From the IMG/VR virus record IMGVR_UViG_2778261094_000010, positions 1 through 48,461 of that record: 48,461 nucleotides of DNA. One strand, written 5' to 3'. Made by a program: the position numbers and the translations under genes. The DNA is from a virus. Taxonomy: Duplodnaviria > Heunggongvirae > Uroviricota > Caudoviricetes. The notes below the pieces were generated by a model. The model was given only the letters and a program-made list of their open reading frames with translations. It did no database searches and was not told the DNA's origin. Shown one piece after another: positions 42,800 through 48,461 of this stretch. How positions within the stretch are numbered: the first letter of the stretch is position 1; each line of letters opens with the position of its first letter.

Positions 42800-43774
42800 T
42801 TACCCAAGCACGCCGGTTGCAAAGGCGTGATCAAGAAAATGAAAAATTAAATCAACCTGGGAACCATGCTTTTCTTCGAATGCCAGCGGATCCGCATGAA
42901 GCTCGTTGTGATGCTCCCGACACAGCGGTAGTGTGAAAATATCGTGGGATTTTGTTCCCATTCCACCCTGACCGTGGCCTATCAAGTGGTGGGGATCATC
43001 AGCAGGCTTTCCACAACATGCACACGGCTGTGTCTTAACCCAGCGCGTGTATTTCTCGTTAAGCCAGCGGCGACGTTTAGGTCGTTTCATGAAAGATTCC
43101 GGAGACTCCGGCTCAACGGCAATGCTGACCACCGTCTTTTCCTGTGGCGGGTTTTGCTGGTGGGCGTGAGGCAGCGGCGCAATATTTTTTGTGCGCTGCT
43201 TCAGCATGCTGGTGGCAGTCTGCTCTCCCGGCACGATGTCGCTCTCGCGGTATACTGAGCGAATTTTTTCCGCACGTAACCCCAGAGAACGACGTAACAC
43301 CGTCTCCGGTAGTGCGTCCGCTACGTTATTTATGGTTGCCCACCAGGATAATTCAGCCAGCGATAATTCCCGCTCCTGCGTGCCATTCATTGCGTGGCGG
43401 ATGACATCAATCATCCATGCTGACAGGTTTTGGTGAGCAAGCTGCCCGAGTGATTCGGAAGTCTGGTTACGCAGCTGGTTGTCGCAGTGCCAGCACAACA
43501 CCATCGCGCCGGTACCGTAACGATGTATGACGGTTTCACTGTGATGGTAGTCACCATGAGGCCACTGGCAGGATTTAACGTGGCGTAACAGCCAGTCAGA
43601 CAATGCACCAGCACCACCAGCAGCACGAATCACCCGCTCATCGCTGAAAAATGGCAGTAATGATTTATCCTCCGCCAGCGGCTGGCGAACAGCAGGAACG
43701 ACTCCGGACGGCAGACCGCGCATGCTTTTCGGTTCCGGCTCCACCAGAACTCGAGGGTTATGAAATACCTGCAT
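42800..43774 (-). CDS. DUF968-family protein with C-terminal HNH-like Cys/His motif (YdfU-like, nin region)
   Basis: C-terminal CACCGKPADDPHHLIGHGQGGMGTKSHDIFTLPLCREHH motif; start uncertain (ATG at 43774 chosen; ORF extends to 43918). Confidence 0.55.
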   Translation of the reverse strand: MQVFHNPRVLVEPEPKSMRGLPSGVVPAVRQPLAEDKSLLPFFSDERVIRAAGGAGALSDWLLRHVKSCQWPHGDYHHSETVIHRYGTGAMVLCWHCDNQLRNQTSESLGQLAHQNLSAWMIDVIRHAMNGTQERELSLAELSWWATINNVADALPETVLRRSLGLRAEKIRSVYRESDIVPGEQTATSMLKQRTKNIAPLPHAHQQNPPQEKTVVSIAVEPESPESFMKRPKRRRWLNEKYTRWVKTQPCACCGKPADDPHHLIGHGQGGMGTKSHDIFTLPLCREHHNELHADPLAFEEKHGSQVDLIFHFLDHAFATGVLG

Positions 43775-43847
43775 GGATTCACGGCCCGGTTTTAGCACCA
43801 CCAGCCCAAGTTCCGGTACCGGAACAGGTCGAAGTAATACCCGCACG

Positions 43848-44120
43848 TTACCTCCAGATGCGTTGCTGGAATGTGCGGGACGGACGCGGTGGGCGTTCGG
43901 AATAAGGGAGCCTGACATAGATTATCCAGTGACGATAATCGAGGCTGAGGGCTTTCTTAATCTCGTATCCGCGTCTGCGGTAGTTATGAATTAGCCATTC
44001 GGCCTGTTCTTCAGTACATGGTGGGTGTTGGTACCAGTCGGTTTTAAATGCGTGTGAACGCCGCCCATGCCGGATGGCAAGGGCGGTATCAGAATTGTGA
44101 AATTTGGTTTTGTGCGCCAT
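43848..44120 (-). CDS. Hypothetical small protein (possibly Rem-like)
   Basis: ORF from MAHKTKFHNSDTALAIRHGRR located between hok and the DUF968 gene, as in Qin-type prophage gene order. Confidence 0.35.
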   Translation of the reverse strand: MAHKTKFHNSDTALAIRHGRRSHAFKTDWYQHPPCTEEQAEWLIHNYRRRGYEIKKALSLDYRHWIIYVRLPYSERPPRPSRTFQQRIWR

Positions 44121-44287
44121 CGGTTGTCTCTGCTGGCGCAGCAGGTGCCAGTTGTTCAGGCTGGCGTGCGAATTGTAAACCAGAATGCCAGGAAAAAACA
44201 AAACCCGCCGAAGCGGGTTAAGTGCGGGTGCGTTGAGGATGCCTGACTCATCAGAGGTGGCGAGGGATTTCTCCCTCACCTGGTCTC

Positions 44288-44443
44288 TTACTCCTCAGGT
44301 TCGTAAGCTGTGAAGACAGCGACCTCCGTCTGGCCGGTTCGGATTCGTACCTCGCAGAGGTCTTTCCTCGTTACCAGTGCCGTCACTATGACGGTTAAAC
44401 AGATGACGATCAGGGCGATTAACATCGCCTTTTGCTGCTTCAT
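44288..44443 (-). CDS. hokD: Hok/Gef-family type I toxin (HokD/RelF-like small membrane toxin)
   Basis: 51 aa MKQQKAMLIALIVICLTVIVTALVTRKDLCEVRIRTGQTEVAVFTAYEPEE: single transmembrane helix plus conserved Cys and EVAVF motif of Hok proteins; GGAGA ribosome-binding site before the ATG at 44443; an in-frame N-terminal extension exists in the longer listed ORF. Confidence 0.8.
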   Translation of the reverse strand: MKQQKAMLIALIVICLTVIVTALVTRKDLCEVRIRTGQTEVAVFTAYEPEE

Positions 44444-44734
44444 AGCCTGCTTCTCCTTGCCTTTCGGCACGTAAGAGGCTAACCTACATTTGTGAGACAT
44501 AGATTGGGCCTCAGATTAATGTTAAGCGTCGTGCAGGACGCGTAATGTTAACTGGGGCTTTTCTCTATCTGCCTTTTGGTGTTCATGCCTGAGACAGATA
44601 GCCTCAAGCACCCGCAGTCATTCTACTTAACTAAGATTTCCCCGCAAACCGTTTTTATCCCCAGCTGCAAATCGAATACACAACAAGTGCTGCCGCCATT
44701 GCAATTCCTGTCGTTGTGAATGCCTCCGGCCAGG

Positions 44735-45157
44735 TCATCGTAAAACATCCTCCGCGCTTATCAGCCCATTCCGCTCCAGATACCCCATCGCCATATCCGG
44801 TAATTTGCAATCTGGTTTCGCTTTTTTCAACTGACTTACCAATTGTTTAACCAGCATTGCCAACTCTTCCTCATGTGAAAGTGATGCCGGTTGCGCAGCG
44901 TACAGGGGTTTTGGCGCAATGGCTGAGTGTTTTGCGTATGCCGCAACAGATTCAGCATTGAACAAAACCATATTGTGAGCACAGGACCATGCAACTGGCA
45001 TTGCTTCAAGTGAGGCAAGCGCAATACGGGCAAGCGCAAGATCCATTTCAATGGCAACTCTTGAAGTCTTAAACACGGTCTGTCGCGCAGCAAATTTCAT
45101 GGATTTCACACTTTCATTAGCATGAGCAATCAATTGCTCTCTGGTAAATTTCGTCAT
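44735..45157 (-). CDS. Hypothetical phage protein
   Basis: ORF from MTKFTREQLIAHANESVKSMKF (ATG at 45157); no recognisable motif. Confidence 0.45.
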   Translation of the reverse strand: MTKFTREQLIAHANESVKSMKFAARQTVFKTSRVAIEMDLALARIALASLEAMPVAWSCAHNMVLFNAESVAAYAKHSAIAPKPLYAAQPASLSHEEELAMLVKQLVSQLKKAKPDCKLPDMAMGYLERNGLISAEDVLR

Positions 45158-45328
45158 ATTTTTCTCATCCAGTCCTGTCGCTATGCCTGCGCAACCATTA
45201 CCCCACAATTACATCACAGGGGGTAATGGTTGCAATTCAGTGGCCACCGCGAGATTCACATCATTCACAATAAATCATAAAAATACACGCAATCACAGAC
45301 CATAATAAAAGAACTGTTTCGGCCACAA

Positions 45329-45679
45329 TCACAAGACCTTCCCACATTTCTTTTTCCCACACCTCCTGAAACCAGAGAGTCGGCATATCGCCCCCCTCTG
45401 AAAAACAACCACATGTCCTAGCTTCTCCGCCAGAGCCAGTTCCGCTTTAGCGCCTGCTGACCGTTGCCAGTCTTTCAGCATATAAATCGCATCCACGCTA
45501 CGTATCATTGCCATGCAGATATCCATGTAGTGCGGCTGTGTCAGCCCGTCCGGAAGTACTGCCGGGTTCAAGACTGTATGCCCTTCCCGTTTCAGTTCCT
45601 CTTCCGCCTTGTGGAACGCCTCACGGTTGAAATTTTTATACCCGGTCATTGGACCGGCAATATAAACTCTCACCCTCAC
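45329..45679 (-). CDS. DUF4406-like protein (nucleoside 2-deoxyribosyltransferase-like fold)
   Basis: N-terminal MRVRVYIAGPMTGYKNFNREAF motif typical of the deoxyribosyltransferase-like family; ATGA-type coupling to the upstream gene. Confidence 0.55.
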   Translation of the reverse strand: MRVRVYIAGPMTGYKNFNREAFHKAEEELKREGHTVLNPAVLPDGLTQPHYMDICMAMIRSVDAIYMLKDWQRSAGAKAELALAEKLGHVVVFQRGAICRLSGFRRCGKKKCGKVL

Positions 45680-45957
45680 TCCTGAACTCTCCTGTCGAAA
45701 TAAACGTAGTTATTCACTGTGCGCAACGGCATTCCAAATTTTCTGGCGATTTCTCTCCTGGGTACGCCACGCTGATGCAGCTGTCGCGCCAGTTCAATAT
45801 CACTCTGCGGATATTTTGTTGACTGGTGATAATCACCCCGTAACATCAGGCTGACACCCAGTTCCCGCGCTTTCGTTCTGACAGCACCACCTGTACGACC
45901 GGTCAGCCTCCCAATGCTTTCGACCGTCATCGTTCCCGCACACTGCCGGAGTATCAT
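45676..45957 (-). CDS. Putative helix-turn-helix DNA-binding protein
   Basis: ORF from MILRQCAGTMTVESIGRLTGRTGGAVRTKARELG with a second helix-turn-helix-like segment (PRREIARKFGMPLRTVNNYV); the start at 46080 was rejected because of overlap. Confidence 0.4.
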   Translation of the reverse strand: MILRQCAGTMTVESIGRLTGRTGGAVRTKARELGVSLMLRGDYHQSTKYPQSDIELARQLHQRGVPRREIARKFGMPLRTVNNYVYFDRRVQE

Positions 45958-45989
45958 GATTTCAGCCTCGTACCACTTCTTCCAGCCAC

Positions 45990-46751
45990 TCACCGCTGCA
46001 GCTCTCCGGTCGCGGTAATATCCCGAAGAATATCCCGGTGCTTGTTCAGCTCCCGCAGCGCGGCGCAGACTCGTTCCCACTTCTGGACATGACTTTTCGC
46101 CCGACGCAGTTCGAGGTTTGCCATATGCAGCGATGGTAAAATCAGGTCATCCGCTCGCGTTTCAGTAAACGATGGCAGCGACTGCACAATGCCCGCTACA
46201 GTTTCTGTTTTAATTTCTTCCTGTGTTGCGGCTTCCCGGACTGGTAACGCAACACCTGCTGGCTGAGGAAAGGCCTTACCATCATTTTCCGTTACCGATG
46301 CTGCTTTCGGCTCTGCTGGTAAATTACCGCCCGGCATGCAGTAACGAAATTTACCGCTCTGATTAACGCGTGCCAGCCGCCCCGTTGCGGTTACCACCGC
46401 CAGCGTGGAAGCAACCTTGCGAGTACTGATGCCGAACTTACCCGCCAGTTCCTCACACGTTTTAGCCCCATCCTGACCGATAAACTCAATCATCATGTCT
46501 GCGGTAACTTTTTGTTCGACCTCCCCGGTCAGCATATCCTGTGCTTCAGATTTTACTGGCCGCTCTTCGGTTACCAGGGATTCACCTTCGCCAGCCAGAA
46601 ACCAGGTGTGACCAGTTTTATCAACGACGCCATTTCTTTTGAGTTCCCACAGCTCGTTGAGAACCTCTTCACGACTGATATCAAGTCGCGCGGCCAGTTC
46701 TACCGATGTGGCTTTTCCCATTGCTTTCAGTGCGTCAAAAACGGTTTCCAT
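45990..46751 (-). CDS. Winged-helix domain protein of the replication region (DUF1627-like)
   Basis: N-terminal winged-helix-like segments ([28 protein letters not shown]; [20 protein letters not shown]), Glu/Thr-rich middle. Confidence 0.5.
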   Translation of the reverse strand: METVFDALKAMGKATSVELAARLDISREEVLNELWELKRNGVVDKTGHTWFLAGEGESLVTEERPVKSEAQDMLTGEVEQKVTADMMIEFIGQDGAKTCEELAGKFGISTRKVASTLAVVTATGRLARVNQSGKFRYCMPGGNLPAEPKAASVTENDGKAFPQPAGVALPVREAATQEEIKTETVAGIVQSLPSFTETRADDLILPSLHMANLELRRAKSHVQKWERVCAALRELNKHRDILRDITATGELQR

Positions 46752-46772
46752 TAAAATTTCCTCCGGACAAAA

Positions 46773-47519
46773 TTACTTCACAACCCTCAGGTGTCTGACA
46801 TTCGAACGCCAGCTCTCCCAGTTAAAATTCACCCAGCGACCACCGTTCATGACCATGCGGTCCATCACACGCTCGCCAAGAAGCGTACTCATCGCTACGT
46901 GGTTCAGGTTCGTCAGCATTCCGACACTACGCATCGAAGCCGTTCTGCGGTCGACTATCTGGTTCAGTGTGACCTGCTCGTTGCGCGTATCCCGCTGCAT
47001 TCCAATTTCATCCAGGACAAGCAGGTCAACATCACACAACCCCTGTAAAAATTTTTCGCCTGAGTTTTTGTTGTCGTAGCTGTTGTGTAACGCCAGCATC
47101 ACATCAGCCACCGTTATCACAATCACGCTGCGACCTTTCGCCAGAAGATGATTGCCAATGGCGGCTGCAAGGTGGTTCTTTCCGGTACCCGGCTTACCGC
47201 TGAACACAAAATTCGTGCACCCGGTCATCAGTTCGTCAGCGATGGATTTTGCCTGGCTCAGCGCGTGTTTTTGCCCGTCGTTCTGCACCTGATAATTCGC
47301 AAACGAGCATTTGCTGTGCAGAGGCTGGATGCCCGAACGATTCAGGATTTTTTCCACCCGCAACTGGCGATTCTGGCGGTTGATCTCCTCGCTACGTTTT
47401 CGCCCTTCAGCCAGTTGCCACTCGCGCCACTCATCCACTGTCCGGTACGGCGCGATTACATGCTGCGGGGTCAGCTTACGGATACGCTCAAGAACACCAC
47501 CTGCCGCGATATTTTTCAT
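46773..47519 (-). CDS. DnaC-like replicative helicase loader (IstB-like AAA+ ATPase)
   Basis: Walker A GKPGTGKNHLA and Walker B DLLVLDEIG; follows the replication initiator gene. Confidence 0.85.
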   Translation of the reverse strand: MKNIAAGGVLERIRKLTPQHVIAPYRTVDEWREWQLAEGRKRSEEINRQNRQLRVEKILNRSGIQPLHSKCSFANYQVQNDGQKHALSQAKSIADELMTGCTNFVFSGKPGTGKNHLAAAIGNHLLAKGRSVIVITVADVMLALHNSYDNKNSGEKFLQGLCDVDLLVLDEIGMQRDTRNEQVTLNQIVDRRTASMRSVGMLTNLNHVAMSTLLGERVMDRMVMNGGRWVNFNWESWRSNVRHLRVVK

Positions 47520-47525
47520 GGCCCG

Positions 47526-48440
47526 TTACCCCCTGAACCCCGGCGGAATTTCGGTATCCGGCTCAGAAATATGATTCACACAACGCTGTACAGACGAACG
47601 CCCCAGGCGGATAACCAGTTCATCCCATTTTTCGCGAAGCTTTGACGGACTCATGATATTTTTTACCCAGAATGGATCCCGCTGCACCCGACCAAACATT
47701 TCACAAATTTGTCTGTGAGTTCTGCCATCCAGCATCCGCATTGTGCGCACGTCGTTGGCCCATGCGGTCCAGTTGGGTTCTTTCGGTCGCGAAATCTCGC
47801 CATCATCGCTGGCGGCCTGCTCGTAAAGACTCACGATTCGTCCCCAGATCCACTGCGCACACGCCAAATCTTCCTGGTTGCCCCACTGGCGTTTTTTTGC
47901 ACTGAACACAACCGCGTCAGGGTGTCGGGTTAAAAAATCCTGTTCAACCGTCTGCGGGTCCGGTTGCGAAGCTTCCGGACGAGAAGTGTTTTTATTCTCT
48001 GTAGTAATCTCTGTTGTATTCTCTGTAAGATCATCAGGCCATTTTGACCCGATGACATTGAGTCGTTTTGAACCAATGGAGCGTTTCATTTTGATCTCTT
48101 CCATCGTGTCATTTTGACCTGATGGAGCGGCGCATTTTGAACCGATGGATTCGCTCACTTTGCCACCATCTAAAAGCTCGTTCCCGTAGTTGATCGTGTA
48201 GAAATTGGTCATATCGCGCTTTGATTTATTGAGCTTTTCACAACGCAAAAGCCCCAGCGTTTTCAGACTTGCAAACGCGCGCTTTAACGTTGACTCTGAC
48301 CAGAACGGGAACTGTTCCAGCCATTGTTCTGTTGTGTTATAAATCCAGCGAACACCATCACATTCCATGCCGGAACCGGTATCTCTTAACCAGTAATGCA
48401 ACTGCTGCAACACGATGGCTTCGTTCAGACCAATTTTCAT
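47526..48440 (-). CDS. Replication initiation protein (O-like, helix-turn-helix N-terminus, DnaT-like C-terminal region)
   Basis: 304 aa from the first ATG; the frame stays open to the window edge, so the true start may lie outside the window. Confidence 0.6.
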   Translation of the reverse strand: MKIGLNEAIVLQQLHYWLRDTGSGMECDGVRWIYNTTEQWLEQFPFWSESTLKRAFASLKTLGLLRCEKLNKSKRDMTNFYTINYGNELLDGGKVSESIGSKCAAPSGQNDTMEEIKMKRSIGSKRLNVIGSKWPDDLTENTTEITTENKNTSRPEASQPDPQTVEQDFLTRHPDAVVFSAKKRQWGNQEDLACAQWIWGRIVSLYEQAASDDGEISRPKEPNWTAWANDVRTMRMLDGRTHRQICEMFGRVQRDPFWVKNIMSPSKLREKWDELVIRLGRSSVQRCVNHISEPDTEIPPGFRG

Positions 48441-48461
48441 CGCCAGCTGCGTGTTTATAAC

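Larger units (their letters stand above)
1..48461. mobile_element. Helper-type prophage region: lambdoid replication/nin/Q/lysis genes, HK97-like head module and Mu/P2-like contractile tail module; interrupted by a satellite at about 18612..33521
   Basis: Contiguous minus-strand phage gene order from replication genes at the right through lysis, terminase, head and tail to tail fibre genes at the left; both window ends lie inside phage genes. Confidence 0.8.

Overview
The window is a composite prophage region, almost entirely transcribed on the minus strand. A helper-type prophage spans both ends: lambdoid replication and nin genes at the right (replication initiator, DnaC-like loader, DUF968, RusA, a hok-family toxin), a Q-like gene followed by a moron block (Ser/Thr kinase plus PP2C phosphatase, a DNA methyltransferase, three tRNAs, a TerB-like protein), a lysis cassette, then HNH-TerS-TerL, HK97-type head genes and a Mu/P2-like contractile tail ending in tail fibre genes at the left. 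Its terL gene is split into an N-terminal fragment (33522..34549) and a C-terminal fragment (17875..18611). Between them lies a ~14.9 kb integrase-bearing element (about 18612..33521) with AlpA regulators, a DUF927-type replication protein with iteron origin, SSB, and its own capsid/packaging module but no tail genes, which fits a capsid-forming PICI-like phage satellite. The most striking observation is that this satellite appears site-specifically inserted into the helper's terL, flanked by an exact 7-bp core (TTGGTAA), and that removing it would restore an in-frame terL. All calls rest on reading the sequence and motif recognition; no database search was run.
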